Notes: generated by a model not told the origin, from the letters alone. A DNA stretch of 64,000 nucleotides from an uncultured Gemmatimonadaceae bacterium (GCA_963790305.1 CAWBOC010000005.1:576001-640000), one strand, 5' to 3'; counted from the stretch's first letter, positions 49,624-59,982 are shown. Numbers and translations: made by a program.

Positions 49624-51485
49624 CAAACGATTTCGCCTTCAAGATCGGCACGGTCAACGGCACCGGGTCAGCGAGCGCGAACGGGCTGATCATGCAGGCG
49701 ATCTTCCGGATGGGGATTCCCGTCTCGGGGAAAAACGTCTTTCCGTCGAACATTCAGGGGCTGCCGACCTGGTACGAGATCCGGGTCAACCGCGAGGGCT
49801 ACACGGCTCGCGCCCCGCATTTCGATCTCGTCGTCGCACTCAACCCTTCGACGTACCAGCGAGACGTCGCGGAGGTTCGGCAGGGCGGCTTTCTCCTGTA
49901 TGACTCGTCGTGGCCACTCGACCCAACGCTGAGGCGCGAGGACCTGTCACTGTTAGGCATCCCCTTCGGGCGGATGTGCGGCGAGGCGTTCCAGGGTGAT
50001 CGCGAGCGGCAGCTGATGCGCAACATCGCCTACGCCGGGGCGCTGGTCGCGTTCCTCAACATCGACATGGGCGTCGTCGAGGGGATGATCCGCGAGCAGT
50101 TCGGCCGAAAGCCGGCGTTGCTCGAGTCCAACTTCAAGGCGCTGCGGCTCGGGTACGACTTCGCGAAGGCGAACTTTTCCTGTCCGCTGCCCTTCTACCT
50201 CGAGCGGATGGACGCGACCGCCGACTCCATCATCATCGACGGCAACACCGCGGCGGCGCTCGGCTGCCTTTATGCGGGCGCGACCGTCGGCGCATGGTAT
50301 CCGATTACGCCGGCCACATCGCTGATGGAGGCATTCAAGGGATTGTGCGAGCGCTACCGCGTCGACCGAGCCACTGGACGCAAGCGCTTCTGCATTCTGC
50401 AAGCCGAGGACGAGCTCGCCGCAGCCGGGATGGTCGTCGGAGCAGGGTGGGCCGGTGCGCGTGCGTTCACGCCCACCGCGGGGCCGGGAATTTCGCTGAT
50501 GCAGGAGTTCATCGGGCTGGCGTACTACACGGAAATCCCCGCGGTTTTCTTCGACGTCCAGCGCGTCGGTCCGTCAACGGGTATGCCGACCCGGACCCAG
50601 CAGGGAGATCTGCTCTCGCTCGCGTACGCGTCGCATGGGGATACCAAGCATATCGTGCTCTTCCCCGCGCATCCGGAGGAGTGCTTCACCTTCGCGGTCC
50701 AGGCCTTCGACCTCGCGGAACGCTTTCAGACGCCGGTCTTCGTCGCGTCGGATCTCGACATCGGGATGAACGACTGGATGTGTCGACGCCTGACGTGGGA
50801 CGATGGCTATCGCCCCGATCGCGGAAAGGTATTGGGCGCCGAGGAACTCGAGCGGATTGGGAAATTCTCGCGCTACCTGGGGCAGAACGGAGACGCGGTT
50901 GCCGCGCGCACGCTTCCCGGGGTCGACCCGCGTGGTGCGTACTTCACGCGGGGATCCGGGCACGACATCCATGCCGGCTACACCGAGGATGCGGCGGCGT
51001 ACTCCGAGGTCCTCGCGCGGCTCGCGCGCAAGCTCGAGCAGGCGGCCGACGCCGTGCCCGCGCCGGTGATCGACCGGCACAACGGCGCCGCGACCGTCGG
51101 GATCATTACGATCGGCAGTTGTGACGCCGCGGTGCGTGAGGCGGTGGACCGGCTGAGGTCGGACGGCATGGCGATCGACTACATGCGCATTCGCGGGTTC
51201 CCGTTCGGCGGCGACGTCGTGCGTTTTCTTGGGGAGCACGATCGCTTGTTCGTCGTCGAGCAGAATCGCGATGCGCAGCTGCGATCCCTACTCGCGATAG
51301 AGACGGGCAAGGCGCGCGATGAGATGACGCCGATTCTCGATTACGGTGGCGTTCCGCTGAGCGCAGAACCGATCGCGGAAAGAGTGAGAGTCGAATACGG
51401 AATGCGGAATGCGGATCGTGAACGGAAGGCTGCAGGTCTTCATTCGCATTCCGCATTCCGTATTCCGCATTCCAGTCTCCCATGA
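49620..51485 (+). CDS. korA: 2-oxoacid:acceptor oxidoreductase alpha subunit
   Basis: FPSNIQGLPTW, WYPITP, QAEDE, GPGISLM, GPSTGMPTR. Confidence 0.93.
   Translation: MTNDFAFKIGTVNGTGSASANGLIMQAIFRMGIPVSGKNVFPSNIQGLPTWYEIRVNREGYTARAPHFDLVVALNPSTYQRDVAEVRQGGFLLYDSSWPLDPTLRREDLSLLGIPFGRMCGEAFQGDRERQLMRNIAYAGALVAFLNIDMGVVEGMIREQFGRKPALLESNFKALRLGYDFAKANFSCPLPFYLERMDATADSIIIDGNTAAALGCLYAGATVGAWYPITPATSLMEAFKGLCERYRVDRATGRKRFCILQAEDELAAAGMVVGAGWAGARAFTPTAGPGISLMQEFIGLAYYTEIPAVFFDVQRVGPSTGMPTRTQQGDLLSLAYASHGDTKHIVLFPAHPEECFTFAVQAFDLAERFQTPVFVASDLDIGMNDWMCRRLTWDDGYRPDRGKVLGAEELERIGKFSRYLGQNGDAVAARTLPGVDPRGAYFTRGSGHDIHAGYTEDAAAYSEVLARLARKLEQAADAVPAPVIDRHNGAATVGIITIGSCDAAVREAVDRLRSDGMAIDYMRIRGFPFGGDVVRFLGEHDRLFVVEQNRDAQLRSLLAIETGKARDEMTPILDYGGVPLSAEPIAERVRVEYGMRNADRERKAAGLHSHSAFRIPHSSLP
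51393..51473. repeat. GAATGCG palindromic element inside the korA 3' end
   Basis: GAATACGGAATGCGGAATGCGGAT ... ATTCGCATTCCGCATTCCGTATTCCGCATTCC. Confidence 0.88.
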
Positions 51486-52537
51486 CCTCCATTCCCAAAC
51501 CCCCCGTCCGCCACCCCGGCCTCCCGCGCAACGCGCTGGGCCTCACGACTCGCGACTACGAGGGCGGGATGTCGACGCTGTGCGCGGGGTGCGGGCATGA
51601 CTCCATCACCTCGGCGATCATTCAGGCGGTGTGGGAGCTCGATCTGCCGCCGCACCGCGCCGCCAAGCTGAGCGGAATCGGCTGTTCGTCGAAGACCACC
51701 GCGTATTTCATGCGGCAGTCCCATGGGTTCAACGCGGTTCACGGCCGCATGCCCGCCGTCGCCAGCGGGGTTCAGGCGGCGAATCGCGAGCTGGTGTGCA
51801 TCGGCGTGTCCGGCAATGGGGACTCGCTTTCCATAGGACTGGGTCAGCTGTGTCACGCGATCCGGCGCAACATCAACCTGCTCTACGTGCTCGAGAACAA
51901 CGGCGTCTACGGCCTGACGAAGGGGCAGTTTTCGGCCTCGGCCAATGTCGGATCGAAGTCGAAGCGCGGGGAGCCGAACGTACAGCAGCCGATCGATCCG
52001 GTGCTGCTCGCCCTGACGCTGGGCGCGACCTTCGTGGCGCGTGGCTTTTCCGGCGACAAGGCGCAGCTCGTGCCGATCCTCAAGGCCGGGCTCGCCCACC
52101 GCGGCTTCGCGCTCATCAATGTCATCTCACCGTGCGTGACGTTCAACGACCATGAGGCTTCGACGAAGAGCTACCGCTTCACGCGTGGCCATCGGCACGA
52201 GGTCGCGCCGGTGGATTTCATCCCCATGACACGCGAGATCGCGGCGGTGGCCGCGCCGGGCGCGGCGATACGAGTGACAATGCACGATGGGAGCGTGGTT
52301 CGATTCCGCGCCGTGGACGAGAGTTACGATCCCACCAACCGCGACGCGGCCTACGCACACATCCGCCGACTCCAGAGCCAGGGCGAGGTGGTAACGGGGC
52401 TGCTGTACATCGATCAGAGCGCGCCCGACATGCACGCGGTGAGCGCGACGATCGACGAACCACTGACGCGTGTCCCCTACGAGCAGCTGTGTCCCGGGAG
52501 CGCGGCATTGGAGGCGTTGCAGGAAGAATACAGATAG
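51482..52537 (+). CDS. korB: 2-oxoacid:ferredoxin oxidoreductase beta subunit
   Basis: CAGCGH, SGIGCSS, HGR, SGNGD (GDGD expected), NNGVYGLTKGQ, SPCVTFN. Confidence 0.94.
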   Translation: MTSIPKPPVRHPGLPRNALGLTTRDYEGGMSTLCAGCGHDSITSAIIQAVWELDLPPHRAAKLSGIGCSSKTTAYFMRQSHGFNAVHGRMPAVASGVQAANRELVCIGVSGNGDSLSIGLGQLCHAIRRNINLLYVLENNGVYGLTKGQFSASANVGSKSKRGEPNVQQPIDPVLLALTLGATFVARGFSGDKAQLVPILKAGLAHRGFALINVISPCVTFNDHEASTKSYRFTRGHRHEVAPVDFIPMTREIAAVAAPGAAIRVTMHDGSVVRFRAVDESYDPTNRDAAYAHIRRLQSQGEVVTGLLYIDQSAPDMHAVSATIDEPLTRVPYEQLCPGSAALEALQEEYR

Positions 52538-52614
52538 AGGTGGTCGAGGTCGTCGACATCCTTGATGACCTCGACCACATTTCTCACCCATTCCACCGCA
52601 TCTGGAGTCCGTAC

Positions 52615-53796
52615 ATGGTTGCCGTTCGTCGTTTCCTAATGGGAGTCGCCGCGGTTTTTCCGTGCTCGCTCGCTGCCCAAAACACCCCGCCCACCGGCGC
52701 CTTCATCGTGAGGCTCGGCACCGACACCACCGCGGTGGAGCGGTTCACACGATCGGAGAATACCTACCAGATCGAGCAAGCACTGCGCAGCCCGCGGACG
52801 AGCTTCAGGCACACGCACCTCGAGCTCGCGCCGAGTGGGGAGATCGCGACCGTCCATTTGATGTTTCACTCGATCGACCAGCCGAGCGGACCGCTCCTCG
52901 GCAGTACGCAGCTCACGTACGGAAGTAGCGACAGCGCGACGGTCGAGCAGAAGCGCGGCGATTCAGCAAGCACTCGTCGCGTGCCCGCGCGCGGTGGTGC
53001 GATCCCGTCGCTGCCGCAGTCATTTCTTGCCTACGAGCTGGCGGCAATGCGAATGCGCGCGACGAAGGCCGATAGCATGGCGGTGACGCTGGTGAACCCG
53101 AGCGGCGACCCCACAGCGGTGGTCGTCACCCGTGTTGGCGCCGATTCGATGACGTTCCGGCTGCCGTTCCTGACGTATCGCGCACGCGTCAATGCCGCCG
53201 GCCGCATAACGCGCCTCTATCAGCCACGCGGCACGTCGGTGGAGCGTGTTCTCAATGTCGACGTCAACCAAGTCGCGAAGGGGTGGGCAGCGCTCGATGC
53301 GAGCGGCAAGCCCATGGGACCACTCTCGCCCAGAGATTCGGTCTCCGCTCGCGTGGGCGATGCGGCGGTGTCGATTCGCTACGCGCGCCCGAGCAAGCGT
53401 GGCCGAGTGGTATTTGGCGACATCGTTCCCTGGGACTCCGTATGGCGCACCGGCGCGAACGAAGCGACGGTGCTGACCACCGATCGAGATCTCGTCATTG
53501 GCGGCACGATGGTCCCCGCGGGGAGCTACACGCTGTTCACGATTCCATCGCGCAGCGGAACGAGGCTCATCATCAATCGTGAAACCCTGCGCGATGGTGA
53601 GCCGCTCGCCGGTACCGACTACGACGCGTCCAAGGACTTCGCTCGCATCGCGATGAGCACGAAGACGCTCGCGGCGCCCGTGCAGCAGTTCACGATCGCA
53701 ATCACGCCGCGCGGGGCGCGGGAAGGAGTACTCCGCCTGGCGTGGGACCGGCGCGAAATGACCGTGCCGATACAGGTCCGCCGCGTCGCGCCCTGA
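52615..53796 (+). CDS. DUF2911 domain secreted protein
   Basis: LSPRDS, YARPSKRGR, WRTGANEAT, GSYTLFTIP. Confidence 0.85.
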   Translation: MVAVRRFLMGVAAVFPCSLAAQNTPPTGAFIVRLGTDTTAVERFTRSENTYQIEQALRSPRTSFRHTHLELAPSGEIATVHLMFHSIDQPSGPLLGSTQLTYGSSDSATVEQKRGDSASTRRVPARGGAIPSLPQSFLAYELAAMRMRATKADSMAVTLVNPSGDPTAVVVTRVGADSMTFRLPFLTYRARVNAAGRITRLYQPRGTSVERVLNVDVNQVAKGWAALDASGKPMGPLSPRDSVSARVGDAAVSIRYARPSKRGRVVFGDIVPWDSVWRTGANEATVLTTDRDLVIGGTMVPAGSYTLFTIPSRSGTRLIINRETLRDGEPLAGTDYDASKDFARIAMSTKTLAAPVQQFTIAITPRGAREGVLRLAWDRREMTVPIQVRRVAP

Positions 53797-53814
53797 TCGC
53801 GGCCGGAGGCGTGC

Positions 53815-54817
53815 TCACGTATGGCACGCGCCGGCCGTCGGCGGCTTCTGCCGGGCGGTGGTGCTGCGCTCGAACGTATAGAGGAAGTTCGTGAAGCCGA
53901 CGTCGTAGTCCGAGAGGCCGTTCTGGCCCGTTAGGCGCATCCGCTCATCGTACAGCCGACGCATCACCTCCTCGACCTGACGACTGGCGGCGCTCTGCGC
54001 CGCACCACGCTGCAGGTCGAGAAATTGGGCGCGCAACTCTGGGCGGAGGGTCGAGTGCTCCACGCGGTCTCGAAACGCCAGGCGGTCCTCGCCGACCAGT
54101 GCTCGCCACGTACGGTGGAGCCGCTCGCAGAGCGCTGATTGCATCAGCACGGGGCGCTCCGAAGCCGTGAGCGAAAGATACGCCAACGCCTGCGCCTCCA
54201 GCTCCTTCCAATACCCCTTCCGGTGGCTGAACTCGTGGGCAATGACGTGGGGCTCGAAAACACCGACGTCGCGAAAAACAGTGACGTCCCCCGACACGAA
54301 GTCGCACGCGCCGAGCGCGAATGGGAAGAACAGGCCGACCAGCGAGAAATCGCGCACCTCCGCGCTCGTCTCGACGCGCTGTGCCGTAACCCCCGCGATG
54401 TAGTTCGTCAGAATGGCGGTCGACCTCGACGGCGAGCTCACGACGGGGCATCCGCTCCGCAGTGTATCCGTCGTTGAGGCGCTCGATCAGCAGGCCGACT
54501 TCCTGTTCACGCGTCTCACGCGGCACCGGCGTCAGGTGCCGCACGTCCGCGCCAAACTCCCGGAGGAAATCGATCTTCCGGACTCCGCGACGAGCGGCCC
54601 AATCCTGGAGCGCGCTCGCTGCGTACGCGCCGTACGCAACGGCCTGCACGACGCGCCCAACCGGTGTCGCGCCGAGCAGGAGCCGCGCCGCGAGTGGGAC
54701 AGCAAGCACGACATCGGTTGGCGCAACCGGCCAGTAGGTTGCCGCGTTCGCGATGCGGACTTCATCCGCACCGGTTCGTCCTCCCAGGCTCACGTCGTCG
54801 ACCGGCCGGTCGGGCAT
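53815..54817 (-). CDS. HExxH zincin-like protein (DUF3810-like); apparent frameshift near 54412
   Basis: The N-half (MPDRPV...AVEVDRH) joins the C-half (LTNYIAG...AHEFSHRKGY-x2-ELEA) on removing one base. Confidence 0.7.
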
Positions 54818-54819
54818 CG

Positions 54820-57117
54820 TTACGGCTTCGCTGGCTCTTCCTTTCCCTCCGCCAGCTTCTTCGCTTCCTCTTCCTTTTTTGCCTTCTCCGCCTCGTCCTC
54901 GAGCGTCTTGAGCACGTCGCGCCAGGCGAACTTCCGCCCACTTCCGCGGACGTAGTAATCCATCCACGCCATCTCAGCCGTCGATTTCACCAGCTGATTG
55001 CGCGGATCGGGGATACCGTGACTCTCACCGGGATACACATAGAGCTCGGTCGGCACGCCTAACCGCTTGAGCGCCATGTGGAGCTCCTCGGACTGCGGGC
55101 TCGGGACCCGAGGATCGCCCTTGACGACGTGGATCATCGTCGGCGTCTTCGCGTTCTTGATGTACCGAATGGGTGACTGCGCCCAGTACGCGTCAAAGTC
55201 TTCGTACGGCAGCTTGTCACCGAGGTAGAACTGCCGGTTCCGCTGGACATCGCTCTGTGCATACATCGAGATCCAGTTCGACGTGCCGGCGCCGGAGCTG
55301 ATCGCCTTGAAGCGATCGGTGTGGGTAAGAATCCAGTTCGCCCAGTGCCCGCCGGCGCTCCAGCCGAGCACGCCCATGCGCGTGGAGTCGACGATGCCCT
55401 GCGCGATGAGGTGATCCACGCCGGTCATGATGTCGTCGTAGCCGAGCGGGAAGTAGTTGCCGACGATGTCCGTCTTGTGCGCTTCACCGTAGTTGGTGGA
55501 GCCGCGATAGTTCGGACGCAGCACGGCGTACCCTTCCCCGGCGTAGACCTGCGCGCCATAGCCGCCATTGAAACCGAGGACGTCAGCTGAAGCAGGGCCG
55601 CCGTGGATGGCGACGATGAGCGGGTACCGCTGACCGGCGCGGAACCCGACCGGCTTCACCAGCACACCGGCGACCGTCTTGCCATCGGTCGACTTCCAGG
55701 TGATCTCTTCCTCCTCACCTAACGCGAACTCGCGAACCTGCGGGTTGGCGTCGGTGAGCTGCCGCCAGGAGGCACGCTTCCCGGCCTGCTCCGGCGCTGC
55801 GATCGTGAACAACGTTGCCGGCGTCTTCGGATCGGCATACGTGAGGATCAGGACGCCCGAGTCATCGTCGCGATCGACGAACAGCGATGCCCGCTCGCTG
55901 GTCACTGGACGCACCTGGTCGCGCGCAATGTCGAGCGCCAGGAGCTGGTTCGTCGCGCGAACGCCCTCGTTGAAGTAGATGGTCTTCCCATCGGCGGACC
56001 AGAAGCTCACACCGACATCGCCGTCGAAGGCGCTGCCCAGCTTGCGCCACTGACCGCCACGATCGCTCGTGCGACGAAGGTAGACGCGCTGATTCTTCAT
56101 GTTGTAGCGCGTGAGGTCGTCCGGCGCCGAGAAGGCAACCCATTGCCCATCGGGCGAGAAGCTCGGCAGACTCTCGCCGACCTCGGTGTTGTTCGTCAGG
56201 CGCTCGATCTGCCCCGTCGCGGCCTCGAGCAGGTACTGGTCAGCGTAGATGTTCTGCTCGGTGATGTTTCGCTTGTACCGGTCGCTGGCGGTGCCGCGGA
56301 ACGCGATCCATTTGCCGTCGTTGGAGAGCTCGAACTCGCTGACGGTCATCGTCGTGTCGCGCGTGAGACGCGTGGTCTTCTTCGGGTCGAGGTCCAGCGC
56401 CCAGAGGCTGGAGCGCGGCGTCTCCATGTTCCGAATGGAGACGTTGAATTTCTTCTCGATGCGCAGCTTCTCGTCGGGATCCGTCGTGTCAGCGGTGACG
56501 AAGTAAATGCGGCGGCTGTCCGGCGCCCACTGCCACAGGCCGACGCCGGTCGCCTGCTTCGTCAGCTGATCGGGCTTCGCGGTGTCGACCCCGGCGATCG
56601 GTAGCCGATAGAGCTGCTCCTCACCGGACTTTCCGCTCCGGTAGGCGAGCCACTTTCCGTCCTTGCTGAGCGCGAACGTCGAGACGCCTTCCTTGGCATC
56701 GGTGATCTTCCGTGCCTCGCCGCCATCGGGGCGCATGAGATAGAGCTGATTCTGCGTAGCGCTCGAGGATGGGGCGTCGCGATTGGACGCGAAGACGAAG
56801 AACGACCCATCGCGTGCCCAACGTGGCGACGTCTCGTTCTTATCCTTCGTGAATGTGAGCTGCCGGCTCGACGACGCTCCGCGCTCGAGCGAGACGACGT
56901 GAATGTCCGTCTGTCGCTTCGCCTCCTTCCAGTCCGGAGTCGACACGGTGTAGAGGAGCCACTTGCCGTCGGGACTCGGCGTGGGCGACCCCACCTGCCT
57001 CATGTGCTGCATGTCGAGGAAGGTCAGAGGGCGCTTGGCGGGCGCCGGGGCTTGGGCAGCTGCGGGGGGCGCGAGGAGCGCACCAAGGAGGAGAGCCTGA
57101 AGGGGGCGACAAGTCAT
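54820..57117 (-). CDS. S9 family peptidase (acylaminoacyl/dipeptidyl peptidase)
   Basis: Propeller repeats, IHGGP, NYRGS, GWSAGG, DPRVP, GESHG. Confidence 0.93.
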   Translation of the reverse strand: MTCRPLQALLLGALLAPPAAAQAPAPAKRPLTFLDMQHMRQVGSPTPSPDGKWLLYTVSTPDWKEAKRQTDIHVVSLERGASSSRQLTFTKDKNETSPRWARDGSFFVFASNRDAPSSSATQNQLYLMRPDGGEARKITDAKEGVSTFALSKDGKWLAYRSGKSGEEQLYRLPIAGVDTAKPDQLTKQATGVGLWQWAPDSRRIYFVTADTTDPDEKLRIEKKFNVSIRNMETPRSSLWALDLDPKKTTRLTRDTTMTVSEFELSNDGKWIAFRGTASDRYKRNITEQNIYADQYLLEAATGQIERLTNNTEVGESLPSFSPDGQWVAFSAPDDLTRYNMKNQRVYLRRTSDRGGQWRKLGSAFDGDVGVSFWSADGKTIYFNEGVRATNQLLALDIARDQVRPVTSERASLFVDRDDDSGVLILTYADPKTPATLFTIAAPEQAGKRASWRQLTDANPQVREFALGEEEEITWKSTDGKTVAGVLVKPVGFRAGQRYPLIVAIHGGPASADVLGFNGGYGAQVYAGEGYAVLRPNYRGSTNYGEAHKTDIVGNYFPLGYDDIMTGVDHLIAQGIVDSTRMGVLGWSAGGHWANWILTHTDRFKAISSGAGTSNWISMYAQSDVQRNRQFYLGDKLPYEDFDAYWAQSPIRYIKNAKTPTMIHVVKGDPRVPSPQSEELHMALKRLGVPTELYVYPGESHGIPDPRNQLVKSTAEMAWMDYYVRGSGRKFAWRDVLKTLEDEAEKAKKEEEAKKLAEGKEEPAKP

Positions 57118-57177
57118 GGAGGCAGCCTGTGCGGTGAGCCTCCAAAATGCGTCTTCGCGCTTCGTCCCGCGAGGGCC

Positions 57178-57282
57178 AACGGCATTAACCACAGAGGCAC
57201 AGAGGGCACGGAGGAACCCCGAACTGCAGGCCCTGCAGTTCGGGGTTCCTCCGTGCCCTCTGTGCCTCTGTGGTTATGCCGT
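57178..57282. repeat. ACAGAGGC-family palindromic element
   Basis: ACGGCATTAACCACAGAGGCACAGAGGGCACGGAGGAACCCCGAACTGCAGG-C-CCTGCAGTTCGGGGTTCCTCCGTGCCCTCTGTGCCTCTGTGGTTATGCCGT. Confidence 0.92.
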
Positions 57283-57304
57283 CAAGGCCCTTGCGCGAGG
57301 AAGC

Positions 57305-58657
57305 CTAACGGTCCTCCCCTCTGAACACCACCCTCCAAATCCTCCCCCCATCGTCGTCCGAGATGTACAACGACCCATCCGGCCCCTCGGCGAGCCCCAT
57401 CGGCCGATGCTCGGCGTCTGCGGGCGGGTTGGTCGAATTCCCAATGAATCCGTCCGCGAACACGTCCCATCCTCCGGCGGGTGCGTGACGTCCGAAGGGA
57501 ACGAACACGACGTTGAATCCCTCGTTGGGCAGCGGCGCGCGGTCGAAGCCGCCGTGGAACGCGACGAACGCCCCCCCTCTGAACCGCGATGGGAACTGCC
57601 TTCCGCCGTAGAAGAGCAGGTCGTTTGGTGCCCAGTGCCCGGGGAATGTCAACAGTGGGGTTTCCTTGTCCGCGCACCGCGGCCCGACGATGGTGCCGTT
57701 ACCGCCGTACTCGGGGGCCAGGAGCTTCAAGCGCTTCTTCCAGTCGTGGTAGCAGTACGGCCAGCCGTTGTCGTCACCGCGGTCGATGCGGATGAACTCC
57801 TCGGACGGCAGGTCGGCGCCATCCTGCGGTGTGTAGAACTGCGGCCAGTGGTCGTTGAGATGGTCGCGACCGTGCTGGACCCCGAACAGAGCCTCACGAC
57901 CCTCGTCCCACCGCAGCGCCTCCATGTTTCGGAGCCCTGTGGCGAAGTGAATCCCGTCGGCCTGTGTCTGTCCGGTGCGCGTCGCGCTGAACCGCCAGAC
58001 ACCGGCACGAATCGGCAGCTCGGGACATGGATCGACGCCGGGCGACTGCGCGACACGGTTCGCCACCTGACAGGAGTTCGACGCCGAGCCAATGTTCACG
58101 TACATGTTGCCGCGATCGTCGAGCTGCATGTTCTTGCGGAAGTGATCGCCGTCGGAGGGCAACCCGCCCACGACGATCTCGGGCGCTCCGCGGGGAAGCA
58201 GGTCGTTGGAATGGAGCCGCCATCTCACGATGCGATCGCGATAGCCGACGTACAGGAACTCCTGCGTGACCACGATGCCGTTCGCGTTCGGCTCGCCGAA
58301 GTATGCCCGCGTTTCAGCGCGTCCGTCTCCGTCGCGGTCGCGCAGCGCGAGCACGCCGCCCCCGTGGGTCGCATCTCCGATGGCGACGTACGCATCGCCC
58401 TTGCGCGTGATGCCGAGATGTCGCGCTCGCCCGACCTGATCGGCGACCACAACGGCGCAGAAGCCGGGCGGCAGCGTGATCCCGCCGTTGCCGGCGTCGC
58501 ACTCGACGCGGGCGTCCGAGTGCCTGAGGGCAACGTCGGTGCTACCGTCCAGCGCTTCTGGTCCCGTGACTCTGTCAGCGCAGGCGACGATCCCAATGCA
58601 CGTCGCGATCGTGGCGAGCGCACGTGTGTGTGAATACCAGCAAGACGTCGTTTGCAT
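57305..58657 (-). CDS. PQQ-dependent sorbosone/sugar dehydrogenase family protein
   Basis: TLPPGFCA, ATGLRN, GWPYCY, HWAP, AFHG, RPMGLAEGPDGSLYISDD. Confidence 0.9.
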   Translation of the reverse strand: MQTTSCWYSHTRALATIATCIGIVACADRVTGPEALDGSTDVALRHSDARVECDAGNGGITLPPGFCAVVVADQVGRARHLGITRKGDAYVAIGDATHGGGVLALRDRDGDGRAETRAYFGEPNANGIVVTQEFLYVGYRDRIVRWRLHSNDLLPRGAPEIVVGGLPSDGDHFRKNMQLDDRGNMYVNIGSASNSCQVANRVAQSPGVDPCPELPIRAGVWRFSATRTGQTQADGIHFATGLRNMEALRWDEGREALFGVQHGRDHLNDHWPQFYTPQDGADLPSEEFIRIDRGDDNGWPYCYHDWKKRLKLLAPEYGGNGTIVGPRCADKETPLLTFPGHWAPNDLLFYGGRQFPSRFRGGAFVAFHGGFDRAPLPNEGFNVVFVPFGRHAPAGGWDVFADGFIGNSTNPPADAEHRPMGLAEGPDGSLYISDDDGGRIWRVVFRGEDR

Positions 58658-58817
58658 GGATCTCCTCCCTGGTTGGAGCATTCGACGGGGGGAGCGCCTT
58701 CAAGTGCCGTACGATGTCGCATGAGCCGATGTCGGGTTTCGACGCATTCGCGCAGAAGGTGCTGAGACCGCGGCGAGTGGTCATCATCGCGCGGTGACGG
58801 CGAGTGATCCTTCTCAC

Positions 58818-58942
58818 AACGACAAAGAGGGCAGAATTCAGAGCGGCATTGAAGCATCCGCGTCCCCCTTTGAACCTGGATACTTCAATGCCGCTCTGCG
58901 TTCTGAATTTCTGGTATTCTGAATTCTGTCCTCTTTGCCGTT
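58818..58942. repeat. CAGAATT-heptamer palindromic element
   Basis: AACGACAAAGAGGGCAGAATTCAGA..GCGGCATTGAAG ... CTTCAATGCCGC..TCTGAATTCTGTCCTCTTTGCCGTT. Confidence 0.85.
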
Positions 58943-58956
58943 AGGGGGACATTGAC

Positions 58957-58973
58957 ATAGCCCCCGGGGGTAT
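58957..58973. promoter_or_regulatory. CsoR-type operator
   Basis: ATAGCCCCCGGGGGTAT C/G-tract pseudo-palindrome just after TTGACA, upstream of csoR. Confidence 0.75.
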
Positions 58974-58986
58974 ACGATTTTCAGGA

Positions 58987-59334
58987 ATGCCAACGACCAT
59001 ACGAGAGGAAATCGCCGAGTGCGGCTGCGCCACGCACACTCGGGGACGGAAGGCCGTCGCCGTGGATCCGGACATCAAGGACCGCACGACGAAGCGGCTA
59101 CGGCGTATCGAGGGACAGGTGCGGGGATTACAGAAGATGGTGGACGAGGAGCGCTACTGCGCCGACATCCTCACGCAGATCTCGTCCGTCCACGAAGCGC
59201 TCCGCGGCGTCGCCCGCGAGCTGTTGCGAAACCACTTGAAGCACTGCGCCGCGACCGCCATCCGCGCCGGTGACGCGCAGGCGGATGCGATGTATGACGA
59301 GCTCGTCGAGCTGGTGTATAGGCACGGGCGATAA
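58987..59334 (+). CDS. csoR: CsoR/RcnR metal-sensing repressor
   Basis: RLRRIEGQVRGL, YCADILTQ, HLKHC (Cys/His/Cys ligands). Confidence 0.9.
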   Translation: MPTTIREEIAECGCATHTRGRKAVAVDPDIKDRTTKRLRRIEGQVRGLQKMVDEERYCADILTQISSVHEALRGVARELLRNHLKHCAATAIRAGDAQADAMYDELVELVYRHGR

Positions 59335-59435
59335 GGCGAATGCGGAATGCGGAATGCGGATTGATGAATTGGGTTGGGCGCCCGGCTCCCAGGCGACCGT
59401 CATGCTCAATCCGTATTCCGCATTCCGCATTCGCC
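59335..59435. repeat. GAATGCG palindromic element between convergent genes
   Basis: GGCGAATGCGGAATGCGGAATGCGGATTGA ... TCAATCCGTATTCCGCATTCCGCATTCGCC. Confidence 0.9.
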
Positions 59436-59436
59436 T

Positions 59437-59982
59437 TTAGAACGCGTACCCGATCGACAGCCTCACCGTCGGGTAGCCATAGGTCTCATCTTCGTCGTCG
59501 TCCCCTCCGATGGGAAAGAGGCGCTTCGCCCCGACGCCCGTACCAATGAAGAACTGACGGGTGCGTCCCAGCAGCCAGCTATAACCGAGGTCGAGTCCCA
59601 CCGACAGCGCGTCGAACTCGCGCTCGACGAGCGTGCCGTCTCTCCGGTCATCTTCGGCCACGCGTGAATAGCCGAAGGAGATTCCCGCCGCGAACTTCGT
59701 TGGCGCCTCCGCGGAGGGGTAGTAGCGCAGCCTCACGTCAGCGCTGGTGTAGTCGATTTCTTCATCGTCATCGTCGTCCCCGATGCTGATGTTGCCGACC
59801 CCGACCGACCAGCTCGCGGTCGAGCTGAAGGCGCGCTCGTACTCAATGTTGTACCACTGGAACAGAAAGCCGAAGGGGTTGATCGAGAGCACATTGGCCT
59901 GCACGGGCAGGTCGATTGTCTGGGCGCGAGCCGTCGTTGCGGAGAGCGCTGCGGCGAGGAGCACGAACGAAAGGCGTTTCAT
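59437..59982 (-). CDS. small outer-membrane beta-barrel (DUF3575-like)
   Basis: Signal peptide, amphipathic strands, C-terminal IGYAF. Confidence 0.75.
   Translation of the reverse strand: MKRLSFVLLAAALSATTARAQTIDLPVQANVLSINPFGFLFQWYNIEYERAFSSTASWSVGVGNISIGDDDDDEEIDYTSADVRLRYYPSAEAPTKFAAGISFGYSRVAEDDRRDGTLVEREFDALSVGLDLGYSWLLGRTRQFFIGTGVGAKRLFPIGGDDDEDETYGYPTVRLSIGYAF

Noticed and set aside
57116..58633. 505-aa plus-strand ORF
   Set aside because: Shadow of the sorbosone dehydrogenase that reads through a repeat
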